In this document: positions 12,961 to 26,229 of the stretch, piece by piece | Layout: every line of letters begins with the position of its first letter | Numbering within the stretch: position 1 is the first letter of the stretch | Assembly: GCF_964194155.1 (NCBI RefSeq) | Contig: NC_135899.1 | Coordinates: forward strand, 10,788,001-10,852,000 | DNA length: 64,000 bases | Direction of reading: 5' to 3' | DNA from: Cetorhinus maximus | Lineage: Eukaryota | Made by a program: the position numbers and the translations under genes | The notes under the pieces: model-generated | The model's input: the letters and a program-made list of their open reading frames with translations, nothing else | The model's database searches: none | Told to the model about the DNA's origin: nothing

Positions 12961-13410
12961 TGATCTTATATTCTACATCTCAGCTAATAAAGGCAAAAAC
13001 CCATATGGCTTCTCGATCTCCTTATCTATCTTATCTGCTATTTTCCCTCTATTTCTCTACACTTCTTGGTATCCTACCATTTATCGTGCGTCTCTTTGCC
13101 TTGTTTGTGTTCCACAAATGTCTTACCTCGCACTTCTGAAGGGAAGTGTTTCAAACCATGCTTCCCTGACCCAAGCAGCGCTCAATAACCCTACTGGGTG
13201 TCAAAACTGGAAAAACTTTCTGCTACCTATTAGTGACGTATTTTGACTGGACAACAGGAACTTAAGCCCTTCGTCTCCAAAAGCCATTTGATCTTAAAAC
13301 ATCAATACTGAAAATGAACTAATTATACTTCAGAAGCCCTAATTCTTGAAAACAGTGCAACTTAATGTGTCATGATTGCAACAAAGCAGAATAAAACAAT
13401 TGATACTTAC

Positions 13411-13526
13411 ACAAGCAGTAATGAGGAATTGGACTTCTTCCTTGCTTACTTGCTTTACAAGTTCATATCCATCAGCTGCCAATGTATCCACCATTGTGTG
13501 AGATCAGCAGAATACAACAGGATTGG
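13411..13526 (-). other. FKBPL: Predicted non-coding 5'UTR exon of FKBPL
   Basis: Unique sequence bounded by acceptor cccttatag| and donor |gtaagt on the minus strand, between the promoter and the coding exon. Confidence 0.45.
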
Positions 13527-13839
13527 CTATAAGGGTGCACTACATTTATTCACAAAAAAAATGGCATTAATATTTAGAAGCAATGCACATTCAGAAAGTT
13601 AAGCACAATGTTGTGAAAAAATTCTCGCTTTTGAAACTAAAAAAAAAATCTGCTTCAAAAAAATACAGTAGTTACCCTAAAATTTGAAACAAAAAATGAT
13701 ACTTTTCATGAAAGCAAAATACCAATAATTTTCATTTTGGATAACTATCCTGAAGGATACTTCTAAACTTCCAATATGTCAGCCATCCGTAACTCTGTCT
13801 CCCTAAGTTATGTAACCAATCTATCACTATTCATTTATT

Positions 13840-14460
13840 TCGAGAGGACTAGAATATAAAAGCAGGGATGTGCTGCTGAGGCTTTATAAGGCTCTGGTCA
13901 GACCACATTTAGAATATTGAGAGCAATTTTGGGCCCCGTATCTTAGGAAGGATGTGCTGACCCTGGAGAGGGTCCAGAGGAGGTTCACGAGAATTATCCC
14001 AGGAATGAAAGGCTTAACATATGAGGAACATTTGAGGACTCTGGGTCTATACTCGATGGAGTTTAGAAGGATGAGGGGGGATCTGATTGAAACTTACAGA
14101 ATACTGAAAGGCCTGGATAGAGTGGACGTGGGGAAGATGTTTCCATTAGTAGGAGAGACTAGGGCCCGAGGGCACAGCCTCAAAGTAAAGGGAAGACCTT
14201 TTAGAACAGAGATGAGGAGAAACTTCTTTAGCCAGAGAGTGGTGAATCTATGGAATTCATTGCCACAGAAGGCTGTGGAGGCCAGGTCATTGAGTGTATT
14301 TAAGACCGAGATAGATAGGTTCTTGATTGGTAAGGGGATCAAAGGTTACGGGGAGAAGGTGGGAGAATGGGGTTGAGAAACTTATCAGCCATGATTGAAT
14401 GGCGGAGCAGACTCAATGGGCCGAATGGCCTAATTTCTGCTCCTATGTCTTATGGTCTTA
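13840..14460 (+). mobile_element. Young 5'-truncated CR1 LINE
   Basis: Open 140-aa ORF2 C-terminus (LERVQRRFTRIIPGMKGL..RRMRGDLIETYRIL..FFSQRVVNLWNSLP) and intact 3' tail ending tatgtcttatggtctta. Confidence 0.95.
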
Positions 14461-14559
14461 TCACTAATCATTTCCTTTGCAATTTTCACCTCTCCCACCC
14501 TCTCCAATCCTTGTTGCTCCCTTGGTGAATGTGGTCCTCTCCCACTTCAATGCCTCTCT

Positions 14560-15160
14560 CCTCAGTCATAACCTCCCTGAACCCTTCCAGATGAATAATC
14601 ACACTCCCATCAACAATAACTCTCCCCTCTCATCAGCAGTTCCCCCTCAGTAATAATTCACCGTCACCTCAATAATAATCCACCAGTAATAAACCCCCAC
14701 GGAAAAAAATTCCCCATCTTCTCAGTATATATAATTCCCCTTTCCTGCTCAGTAATTACCCTCTCTCTCCCCTCAGTAATAATCCACCACACTCAATAAT
14801 AATCCCCACTTACTCCCACTCAGTAAAAATCCCCCTTTCACCTCAGTAATTAAGTCCTCTCTCCCCTCAAGTAATAATCCGCCTAATAATCACCCTTTTG
14901 TCTCATAAATAATGCTCCCTCCCTACACTCTAATTTTCTATCCCCGCACACTCAGTAACAATAACCACCCTCAGTAATAATCTCCTCGCCCCTCAGTAAT
15001 AACCCCACCTCCCTCCCCCCTCAGTAATAACCCCACCTCCCTCCCCCCTCAGTAATAACCCCACCTCCCTCCCCCCTCAGTAATAACCCCACCTCCCTCC
15101 CCCCTCAGTAATAGCCCACCTCTCGTCCCTCAGTAATAGTCCCCCTCTGCACTCAATAAA
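14560..15160. repeat. 28-bp minisatellite (ctcagtaataaccccacctccctccccc), perfect at 14992-15110, degenerate upstream
   Basis: Direct tandem copies visible; located in the predicted FKBPL intron 1. Confidence 0.85.
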
Positions 15161-15208
15161 AACTGACATCCCTCCCCCGCGTATCCAGGGTTTAGAAAGC
15201 AGCCTTAC

Positions 15209-15360
15209 AGTCCCCCCCCCCCCAACCTCCCCAGCCTCCCGGGGTATGCCGGCGGCTCGCTCTCCGCCTACCCCGCGCGAGCGACGGTTGAAGATTCAAA
15301 AACAAACCCCCCTCCCGATCGCTAGCTCCCTTCCCTCATCCACCAACCGTCAGCGGACCC
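15209..15360 (-). other. FKBPL: Predicted first (non-coding) exon of FKBPL
   Basis: CpG-rich segment ending in donor gact|gtaagg at 15209/15208; the TSS position is approximate. Confidence 0.5.
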
Positions 15361-15364
15361 CAAC

Positions 15365-15425
15365 ATCCGGAGGCGTGCCGACGTCACTTCCTTAGCAACA
15401 GCCCTTTGGTTGCCTGGGCGGCTAA
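15365..15425. promoter_or_regulatory. CpG-island core promoter with overlapping CRE-ETS motif and RFX-like sites
   Basis: gacgtcacttcc (15380-15391; GGAAGTGACGTC on minus), cttagcaac and gttgcctgggcggc, within the CpG-dense patch 15230-15430. Confidence 0.65.
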
Positions 15426-16529
15426 TGGCCGACCTTTTTTTCTCACTTTCACTCTCTTTCTCTCACTCCCTTAGCATGACTGAGTTACCTGTCAGGAATC
15501 CAGCTGACCAAGAGATGATGGCCCCCAATTTGGGAGTGAAGCGAAAGGAAGCCAAACCAATCAAATTGAAATGTTGTTCCTGGGGCCAACTGTGCCCTCG
15601 AGTGCCCGTCGCTCGTGGTTGGTTTGCCCATCCCCTCTCTCAGGGGAACCCTGGGCACAAGCAGAGCCAGGGAGGGGACACTGGCAGTCGCACTGAGCGA
15701 CCCCCTCCACCACGCCCTGCCTGGACCTGTTAGTGGCCACCTTGACCAGGCCAGGCCCAGGAAGAGCAGACCAAGGAGGAGGCCATACAGCTGCCAGCTC
15801 CCCTCCTCCACACTGGGAGGGCAGGGATGGGCAAAGATGAGGAGTGGGGGAGCTGAAGTGCAGCCAGAAACTCAAGAGCAGCTCATTCAAATGGTGCGAC
15901 ACCGTGGTCTGAGGAAAAAAACGATGAGAAAGGAGGAAAGAAAGGAGCTCAACAAATGATGAAGGCGCAATGGCTCGACTTTCGACTCAGCAGCCCTGGA
16001 AAACCTGAAGCCGACAGCCAAGCTGATAATAGTTCAGTTACCTCGGTGTCAAATAGAGGTTCTACTGATGTTGTTAAGGCACCTTCTTACAAATGGCCAC
16101 TGGCAAAGAGCACATTTCAAGCTGTGGCTCCACTCAGTGATCCTGCCTCTTGTCTGCTAATTTCTACAGAGAATAAGGACATGGCGGAGAACACTTAATG
16201 CAAACTGGAAAGGAGAGTCCAAAAGGTAAAAAACACACTGCTGTTGAACTGTATCCCCAGGTCAAGCTCACAGGCAATCAGTTACTTTGGAAGGTGTTAC
16301 CAAAGCAAAATACTGTGGATGCTGGCAATCTGAAATAAAAGCAGAAAATGCTGGAAAGACTCAGCAGGTCAGGCACCATTTGTAGAGTGGGAGAAACATT
16401 TCAGAAATGTTTCAGGTCAATGAATTTTCATGCCAGAAGATCTTTCGATGCTGCAGTGGGATCTTCAGCCAGTCATTTGTATCTAGACGCATAAAACAAG
16501 ACTCAGGTCTCATGTTTGCCATGAGTAGT

Positions 16530-16840
16530 ACGTTCATTGGTTTCACAGCCTCAGGGCATCCCAAAGTGCTTTACACCCAATAAAGTACTTTTGAAGTGTA
16601 AACACGGGTGCAATTAGGGAAATGCGGCAACCAATTTGCACAAGTAAGCTCCCACAGGCAGAAATTAGATAATGGCCAGATTATCATTTTTTTAATGATG
16701 TTGATTGAGTGATAAATATTGCCAGAACACCATCGAAAACTTACCTGCTCTTCTGAATAGTGGAATCTTTTACATTGGCCTGAGAGGGCAGACAAGGCCT
16801 CAGTTTAACATTTCATCCAAAAATGCAGCACTCCCTCAAC
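16530..16840 (-). mobile_element. DeuSINE-type (SacSINE1-like) SINE fragment
   Basis: Reverse complement matches the SINE at 42115-42545 (gagggagtgctgca..ttaaactgaggcc..aagcactttgggatg). Confidence 0.7.
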
Positions 16841-17597
16841 CACAGAAGTGTCATCTTTCACATGACACAAATGATGCTAACACACCTCGGGTTACTCTGC
16901 AAGAACCCTGACTGCTGCCCTGTTTGACCCTTTCCATTCCAATCTGTTACATTCGCCTAAAGGTTCTTGTGCGGCAATGAAAGAGCTGCTACACTATTAT
17001 TTCCATCCAAAGAGAACAAGGCAGTCACCATCTGACCTAAGCTTCAGAGTCAGTACGCAGGTTGGGGAGTGCCACCAGGGACCTGATGTTCCTCCCAGGA
17101 AGAGGAAGAGAAGGGTGTCCATTTAGAGGGAACTAATGTGCAGATAGCTGATCAGAGGTAAACTCCCTGATTGACAACTCGTTTTGGTATGGGACAGCTT
17201 TTGACACCACTGTGGGTGCTGGTGGCCCAAGCTTTGGGTCCACATGAGCAGATCCCTCCACATACCCCAGAACCCATCACCACAGGATGCAATGCAGAAG
17301 ACCAGGTGACTATCCACATCCGCCCATCTTCAGGCAATTGGCAGCCCAAATTCAAAGGCTGCTAGGTAACAGTAAGTAAAGTCAACCCAAATATATGTAA
17401 GGTGAAAACGTCAGCTTAATTGCGGGAAACCTATCCTGCTTAAACCATTCCATTTTCCCAGAGGTTATTATCTTAACAAATAAAAGCTGCTATAATTTCC
17501 ATTCAAAGTGAGCTAGAGTACAAACAGAACAATGGATCCAGATCCATCAATTCTAATCCTACAAGGGACCAGGGCTAATAGGCCTAAGAGAAAGTGT

Positions 17598-17960
17598 TGT
17601 AGGACAAATGCCAGTCAGAGTCCGAAGTTGCTTAAAGCGAGGAAATATTTATTTTAAGCATAGAAGGAAAAGATTCAAGCTGCAGAATCTCTCAAATTTC
17701 AGTTACAATAACATACATTTTTACACAATACAGCTACAGCTAACTGGGCATGTTTTGTCTGAAAGCTAGTGGGAAAGTACAAGATGTAAGAAAAACATAA
17801 CAGCTCAAGCTTATCGGCTACAGTGACTTCATCTCTAACAAAACACATCTAGAAAAGACAAGCCAGGTGTGTGAGCTAAGAGTTATGGAAAAATACAGCA
17901 AAGGACACAGCTTTCACAAGCATAACTCATAGTAATTTCATTAACCCTTTATTTCCCACA
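17598..17960 (-). mobile_element. Putative solo LTR
   Basis: TG...CA termini, AATAAA on minus, co-linear similarity to 32251-32668; TSD not resolved. Confidence 0.55.
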
Positions 17961-18157
17961 TTGGACAGCATGCACATTATAATACTGGAAATGACAGACG
18001 AGTGGTGGCCACATCCTGACCCTTGAACGTGACATGATATGAAGCTACTAGCTCGACCGACTTAACAACCTCAGTCGCTTTCCATTGAATATGTTTGCAG
18101 CCTGACACTCCGTCAATTGGTATCAAGAAAGAAAGTAAAGAGAGGCCCTGGTTCTGT

Positions 18158-18290
18158 TAAAAGCAAAATACTGCAGATGCTGGAAATCTGAAACAAAAAC
18201 AAAAATTGCTGATAAAACTCAGCAGGTCTGACAGCATCTGTGGAGAGAAAGACAGAGTTAACGTTTCGAGTCCATATGACTCTTCATACA
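18158..18290 (-). mobile_element. Penelope-like terminal repeat fragment
   Basis: Reverse complement of the PLE tail including gaagagtcatatggactcgaaacgttaactc. Confidence 0.75.
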
Positions 18291-18664
18291 AGTTATACGT
18301 ATTGCCAGAGGAAAAATTATTCTTGCTGACCCTTGGCCTTATCAAAGGTACAGGTGAGTCACCGTACTAACTTATCCATCTAGGTAGTCATCAGAAAAAT
18401 CACTGTTGTTGCAACCGTCGATTTCTCTGCATGGTTGGTACATCATTTGTTTCAGACTGCTTTTCACACCATTTATAAAGCTTAGTATCCGGGTGTATAT
18501 TACATATTTACTTTGACTATTAACAGAACCAGGGACAAAAACAAAAATTGCAGGAAAAACTCAGCAGGTCTGACAGCATGTGGCTCTAGAAATATGGGCG
18601 GTAGAATCAATTGGTGCTTGGGAGGGGCAAATGCATAAGGAATATCACCTCTACATACCTTTGA

Positions 18665-19340
18665 AATCATAGAATCATAAAGTGCTTCAGCTCTGATGAA
18701 AGCTATTGGGGCCATGGAGACTGTGTCGGCTCTTTCGGCAAGCATTACAGTTAGGTCCTCTCTCCCCACTCACCCCTTTTCCCCTTTCTCCTTCAAGATT
18801 TTATCCAATTCCTTTTGTGAGAGCTACTGACGAATCAGTATCCACCACCCTGTCAGGCAGTCCATTATAAATCCTAACGACTCGTTGTGTAAAAAAGTTT
18901 CTCCATTCTTGTCGCTGAACTCTGTGCCCTATGGCTTTTGATCCTTCAGCCATAGGAAGCAATTTCTCTTTGTTTGCTCAATCTAAACCCTTCAAACTTT
19001 TAATTACTACTTCCAAATTTCCTCTTAGCCTTCTCAACTCTAAGGAGATCAATTGCAGCTTCTGCAGTCAATCCACATTGTTATACTTCCTCATTCCTGC
19101 AACCATTCTGGTAAATCTCTTATGTACCTTCACCAATCCTTCCTAAAGTGCGGTGCCCAGAATGGGGCACAGGGCTGCAGCTGAGGCCAAAATAATGTTT
19201 TATATCGGTTTAGCACAACATCCTGGCTTTTTGTACTTTATTCATCCATTTGTAAAGCCCAGGAAGCACTCTGCCCCATATGCTTTTTTAACTGGTATTG
19301 TTAACTTGTATTGCCGACTTCAAAGATTTGTGTACAAAAC
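18665..19340 (-). mobile_element. Old CR1 LINE 3' fragment
   Basis: Reverse CR1 3'UTR (atcatagaatcata..) and decayed ORF2 C-terminus. Confidence 0.65.
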
Positions 19341-20289
19341 ACTCCCAGTGTCACTGATCGAGCACCACCGCCGCCCCCCCCCCCCCAACTTTAAAGTTGT
19401 ATCATTTAGCTCTATATCAAATAAATGAAACATAGATAGTCTCACACCTGGCAGGATGTTTATTGATCAAAGTTACCTTGGTATGTCGACATGATCTGTT
19501 AGAAACAAATAAACTGGCATGTTGGTTTGTTTGGAATAAGGAAGCCAAATTCCACCATGTCTACAATGAGATGGCATCCAAGACAACAGAACCTAGTTAT
19601 GTTGGACGGGGATGCTACTGTGTCACTGTGGCCATTTGTGAGTATGGACCCCTCAACTGCCCTGGTCAAGCCACTTCTCTTGCTGGATTGAACCAACCCA
19701 GGTTATAAAGATAGATCATGAGGTCCTGATACCGGTGTCATCTAGCCTCATAGTGCACAGCGATATTCCTTCAGACACTGACAATTTGTTGATTCAACAT
19801 GAGTATCCAATCGCCCTGACCTCCAGCCTTCCAGCACTTAATAGAATAAGCCATGATCTCAGCTACATCAGGAAAATCAGAATTTGAGAACAGATATTGA
19901 GAGGTTTGGGTTAAGAAGGAAACAATGGCAGCAGTTGAGTAACATCTCAATACACCCATGGATAATTACTTTGTTATTTGCTGCTGCCAATTATCAGAAA
20001 CTTAACAAGCCCCAACAAAACGAAAGAGGAAAACAAGGATCCAGGTCAGCTGAGAGCTGTCCCCAGGGTAACATGCAGGAGAGCTCCTGGCTGATTATCA
20101 ACAAATGAGATAAAGCCAAAGGGACTTGTTGAGCAATGCATACATGTCATGCGTGTTTATAGAAATGTAAAAACTGGTGGGAGAGTCAGGGTGATCTAAG
20201 GCAAAGGCAGAAAGAAAGATTGGGGGTCAAAGTGGAAAACTGATCCAGAGTGGTTTCACTCAGTTTCAAAAGGAGGGACTATTCCAGGG

Positions 20290-20635
20290 AATGTGGTGGT
20301 GTATGTCACTGGACTCATAATCCAGAGGACCAGGCTAATGTTCTGATGACATGGGTTCAAATCCCACAACAGCAGCTGGTGGAATTTAAATTCAATTAAT
20401 AAAATCTTGAATTGAAAGTTAGCCTCAGTAATGGTGACCATGACAACCATCATTGATTGCCGCAATGTCCTTTATCCTTACCTGGTCTGGTCTACATGTG
20501 ACTCCAGACCCACAGCAATGTGGTTGACTCTGAAATGGCCAAGCAAGCCATTCAATTCAAGATAAATTAAGGATGGGCAGCAAATTCTGGCCTTTCCAGC
20601 AATGCCCGGGATCCATGAAAGAATAAATTTTAAAA
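20290..20635 (+). mobile_element. tRNA-derived SINE (head shared with LINE at 9216, plus that LINE's 3' tail)
   Basis: gtcactggactcataatccagag..gggttcaaatcccac..aagccattcaattcaag..ggatgggcagcaaattctggcc..catgaaagaataaa; related copies at ~21425-21750, 35065-35480 and 46630-46925. Confidence 0.8.
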
Positions 20636-22276
20636 ATGCTGATTATTGCAGCTTGGCGATCCTCCCATCAAGCCCTGCCAGGTTAATATGCCCTTGTGGC
20701 ACGTTAGCTTTTGATATACCAGTTAAGCTGATGGATATTGTATTCCATTCGGGAAGAACCATTAAGAACCAGATACTTTCAAATAACAGGAAGCCTACAT
20801 ATTTTCGAGGACAAAAGCAAACCTACAGAATTGGAGGTCGAGGAGATTAGGATGGTATGAAAACAACCCACCTTGAATGGGAGCACGTCAGCAGTTCGAT
20901 GCAATAATTACTAACTCGGAGATAAGTACATCACAAGGCAGCTGAATAATATAAACACACAGTTCCACCCGCCCCACCCCCCACAACCTTGCAAAGGTTA
21001 GCGGCCTTGGCTCAGTCAAAATTCCATAGCCTAGTGACGGAGGCTGAGCTTAATCAACTTGAAGTCTGCGGACAACCAGGTTGCATTAATTGCTTATCAT
21101 TTAATGTAAGGCTATAGACGAGGTGTATAGAACAACACTCAAATATTTCTATAATATTTATATATATTTGTTGTTTAAAACCATTCAGACCTGAATCAAG
21201 CAGAAGTTAATTTTGGAAGACTGATAGCCTTTCATTGCAACTATGAGAAGAAATTCCGTAAGTACCCATCACTGGTTTCCCTTGCAGACCATTCTAATGA
21301 ACAAGCACCACCTGGAGGGGAGGGGGGGATTCATGTCAACTTTGGCTGGTAGTATAAAAACAGGCAATATCATATCAACTGCTCTTTGTGTACCTCTCCT
21401 TAGACTCCAATGGGAGCTAAAAGGATATGGTATTATCATGGTTATGTTGCTGAATTGGTAATCTGAAGGCATGATGTCAAATCCCACTACTGCAGAGAGG
21501 GAAATTAAATCCAGTTAATTCAATAAAACCTGGAATTAAAAAACTAGTATCTGTAATGAGACTATGAACCAACTGGATTACTGTAAAAACCCCATTAATC
21601 CACCTGCTGTTCTTACCTAGTCTGTCCACTAGGTGACTCCAAGTGCACAGCAATGACTGACTCGGTCATCTTAAAGGAGGCCACGACATTTTTAAGTGCA
21701 ATGAAGCATAAATGCTGATCTTACCAGCAACATCTCATGATTGGATAAAATAGAAATCAGGAGGGTGGTATAAAAGGGCTGAAAACCCAACATCACCCAT
21801 AAAATTATCACCAAAAGTCAAAATTATTCCTCCCAGCTCACTGCACCTTCAAAATCTGGCCAGATCAGTACCCTTCAGAGTGCCTGCTAGAGACTTACAA
21901 ATCCCAATAGCGAACATAAGAAAAAAGGGTAGACGAGGTTACATCTCCACCTATAAGAAAAACTGGATAATTGCACCTATTGGTCTGTATGTCTGCTGCT
22001 CAAGGGACATTGTGTGTATCCAAGATTTGGCCGAACACGTCAAAAACATTCCGACCCTTCCCCCTTCTCTCCTTTGTATGAGCATTCAAATCTGACACAA
22101 AATATGGTTGTAACATAATCCTTTTATTGTGTTCGACCAAATCTGGCATTTTGTTGGAAGTTCTTCACCAGATGTCAACTTGGTTACTTTTTGGGCTTTT
22201 AACTAATCATCCTGACCCTATCCTATTACTGTCTTAAGTCCATTGCATTGACAACAATAAATCAATAAGCACGAAT

Positions 22277-22307
<31 letters not shown>

Positions 22308-22744
22308 TTTTTAGCAGAAGCTAAAGGATACAGTTAGCTATATTGTATCCCGACACCTTAACCCCTAAGGCACCCTGGGAGTGAACAACTTTAAGTATTA
22401 TAAGCCATTTAATGCATAAAAATAAAGCAAAAACCTTAATTATATGGGATTAACCCAATTCCTAATCCTATATACGTTTATAGGGTATCTCACAGTTTCC
22501 TTTCAGGGTGGTGAAATCACTTCCTGATTCCCTCACTTATAATTCAACAACCCCACCACTTTTTATTATTTGTACCACTGTATTAAGTTTCTAACTATCC
22601 TTCAAACCTACTAAACACTAATCTACATTGTTACCATCTGGACAGTGGTAGATGTGGACCTCATGGACCTCACCAGTGCTGTTTCCCCTGAATTGTACAC
22701 ACCTTGCCACCAGAATTGAGCTCCTAACACTTGGGACTTCATTT

Positions 22745-24280
22745 GTAATTTTTAAAAATTCATTCATTCATTGCCCGTCCTTAATTGCCCTTGAGAAGGT
22801 GGTGGTGAGCTGCCTTCTTGAACCACTGCAGTCTATGTGGTGTAGGTACTGTTACGAAGGGAGTTCCAGGATTTTGACCCAGCGATAGTTCAGCTGTTTA
22901 GTCCATGTTTGAAACAAGGCCATAATGAGGTCAGGAGCCTGAGTGGCCCTGGCAGAACCCAAACTGAGCATCACTAAGCAGGTTATTGCGAAGCAAGTGC
23001 CGCTTGATAGCCGCTTGACGCCTTGCATCACTTTACAGATAGTCCAAGAGTAGACTGATGGGTGGTAATTGGCTGGGTTGGATTTGTCCTCCTTTTGGGT
23101 ACAGGACATAGCTGGGCAATTTTCCAATTTGCCGGGTAGATGCCAGTGTTGTAGGGAGTTCTCTGTTTTCTTTTTACTTAATATATTAACTACTCATGGT
23201 GCATCATTCTTTTACAATCAAAATGTACATCCCCCCATAAGGCCCAGAATTAAGGAATGGTTACAGCACAGAAGGAGCCATTCAGCCCATCATGTCCATG
23301 CCTCTCTCAAGAGCAATTCACCTAGTGCCACTTCCCAGACTTTTCCCTGTGGCCCTGTAAATCTTTCCTCTTCAGATAATGATCTTTTGAAAGCCCTGAC
23401 TGAATCTGAAGTGATGTTCGCTCATGATTGCACAATGTTCAGGACTATTCGCGACTGAAGTAGTCCATGTCCAAAGCAATATCCTGGACAATATCCAGGC
23501 TTGGGCTGACAAGTGACAAGTAACATTTGTGCAACACAAATGCCAGACATTGACCATTTCCAACAAAAGAGAATCTAACCATCATCCCTTGACATTCAAT
23601 AGCATTACCATTGCTGGATCCCCTGCTATCAACATCCTCAGAGTTTCCATTGACCAGAAGCTGAACTGGACTAGCCATATAAATATTGTGACTACAACAG
23701 CAGGTCAGAGGCTAGGAATCCTGCAGTGAGTAACTCACCTCTTGACTTCGCAAAGCCTGTCCACCATCTACAAGGCACAAGTCAGGAGTTTGATGGAATA
23801 CTCTCCACTTGCCTGCATGAGTGCAACTCCAACAACACTCAAGAAGCTTAACACCATCCAGGACAAGGCAGCCCACTTGATTGGCACCCCATCCATGAAC
23901 ATTCGCTCCCTCCAACACCGGCACACAGCAGCAACAGTGTGTAACACCTACAAGAGGCACTGCAGGAACTCACCAAGGCTCCTCAGATGGCACCTTCCAA
24001 ATCCACGACCACTACCATCTAGAAGAACAAGGGCAGCACATACATGGGAACACCACCACCTGGAAGTTCCCCTCCAAGCCACTCACCATCCTGACTTGGA
24101 AATAAATCGCCATTCTTTCACTGTCGCTGGGTCAAAATCCTGGAACTCCCTCCTTAACACCACATGGACTGCAGTGTTTCAAGAAGGCAGCTCACCACTA
24201 CTTTCCCAAGGGCAGTTAGGGATGGGCAATAAATGCTGGCCTAGCTAGCGATGCCCACATCCCATGAATAAATTTTTAAC
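22745..24280. mobile_element. Two fragments of the APE-RT LINE family (22745-23155 minus; 23400-24280 plus with 3' tail)
   Basis: KEDKSNPANYHP on minus; MFAHDCTMF and STIYKAQVRSLMEYSPLA on plus; tail gggatgggcaataaatgctggcc..catgaataaa. Confidence 0.85.
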
Positions 24281-24834
24281 ATCCTTTTATTCCTCTCTCC
24301 GTCATTTACTTATCCCACTTTCCCTTAAATGCATTTTTGCCATTCACCTCAATTGTTCCATGTGGCCGCTAGTTCCACATTCAAACCATTCTTGGGGGAA
24401 AGAAGTTTCTCCTGAATTCCCTTTTGGATTTATTTGGCAGTTAATTGTCAGTCATCAGTTAACTGGTGCATTCTCCATGGCAATGACTCTACCAATCAGA
24501 GTCCATTTGCCAACGAATCCACACTCTCTTCTCATGCAGTATAAATTGTTGTTCCCTTTACATTTGGTATTCTTGTGAATTGTCCTAATGAGCTCAAGAC
24601 AAAAAGCTTCGATAACATGAGTCTTTTTTCTACAATGCTCAAGTACTGTACTACCAAATACAAAGGGTCAAACAATTTTTAGTTCTGAAGCAGTGTAACA
24701 TGAGGGCAGGATATAGATTTAAAGAGACAGTACACACAACACCAAAGAAAAATTGTTGCTGCAATCCTTTTTACTCAAAACAATCTCAACCTCTGATATT
24801 TGCAACGGGTTTCCAATTTCTTTCCCTTTCTGGA

Positions 24835-25042
24835 ATTTAGCCATAGTCCACAAGGATCATAGACACCTCTCCCCATCAGAGGGAGGTAATTGGTTAGATA
24901 GCTAGAAGGGTACCACTTCACATCAAGTCGGGTAAGGCAAGTAGAGCAGGCCTCCAATAACTATCACTGCTGGTACAGAGATGGAACCAGTATTGTTGGC
25001 ATCATTCTGCACTGCATTCTAGCCAACTGAGCTAACTGGCTC
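24835..25042 (-). mobile_element. Old tRNA-derived SINE fragment
   Basis: Minus strand begins gccagttagctcagttggctaga...ggttccatctc, a decayed tRNA-Ile-like head. Confidence 0.5.
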
Positions 25043-25959
25043 CCCCCATATTTCCTTTTCGAAACCCGTTCTTACTCTCCACAAAACCCAACAAAGAAAT
25101 TTCTGTTTTATAGTCTTTGCTTGCTGCAAAAGGGCTAGTTGTCTCTTTTCACTCTCATTTTCAAAACTGACCTTATTTTTTACAGAAACTTTATATGCTC
25201 CTGAACAAGACACTTCAGAGAATTTGGTCAACAATTTTACCTTTCAATTACTGAATTTCCTTCTCCAGTGCTTCTATTTATAACTCTTCCTGCTTAACAA
25301 TACTCATAAGCAGACGCTTCCATTGTTTCAACAGGATTTTACTCAGTTCCAGACTGTCATTTTTCAACAAGAATTTTCTTATATGTAAATATATCACATC
25401 ATTAGTCCCCTCATGGAATTGATCCACAGAGTTCAACAGCTTCCATACCCCTTCTATGCAAAGAAGTTTTATTATCTACCGGCCTATGCCAATGACCTCT
25501 TGCTCTTCTAAACAGCTGTTTTCTGTCCATTGCAGGCATGTGCTCCTCAATTCCCTTAAACTCATTTTTATTTTAATTTGCATTGTGTAATCCATTAATC
25601 TCCTTGGCTAGTCTCATAATCTCGTGTACCAGTCCTCTAGCATTTTCTATTTCCTGTTCCTGTCAGCCAAAACTCTGATGCCCACTGACTAGGGGCCCAT
25701 AAAAATCTTGACATTTCCTTCAAAATGTGTAGAGCCAGGATTAAAAGGAGACCTCTTCACACATCATTCCAGTGCTTGCTGACTTACGTCAGCTCCTTGT
25801 TAAGCAATGCCTCGATTTTAAAATTCTCATCCGTGTTTTCAAATCCCTCCATGACTTTGTTCCCCCAGCCACCATGGCCACCCACTACCCCCCCCCCCAC
25901 CCCCACCCTACCGCCCCCCCCACCCCCCACCATCTCTGTAATCTCTATCCCCACAACCC

Positions 25960-26190
25960 TTCAAGTTTCTCATGTCCTGGATAACTACATTTGCAGGAAG
26001 TGTCATCAGCTGCAGCAGCTGGAGCTCCAAGTTTTGGAACTTGAGCAGCAGCTAGTGTCACTGCAGAGCATTCGCGAGTTTGAACATTTTGTTGATGGCA
26101 CATTTCTAGATGTGGTCACCCCACAGCTCAAGGGCACAGAGGTGGGGAGGGAATGGATGACTGCCAGGAAGTCAAGGAGGACTTTTCTAG
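25960..26190 (+). mobile_element. CR1 ORF1 N-terminal fragment (zinc-finger/leucine-zipper)
   Basis: VLDNYICRKCHQLQQLELQVLELEQQLVSLQSIRE. Confidence 0.7.
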
Positions 26191-26229
26191 GCCATCCTGT
26201 TTTCTGTGCAGCAGTCCTGGGCTGGAAGC

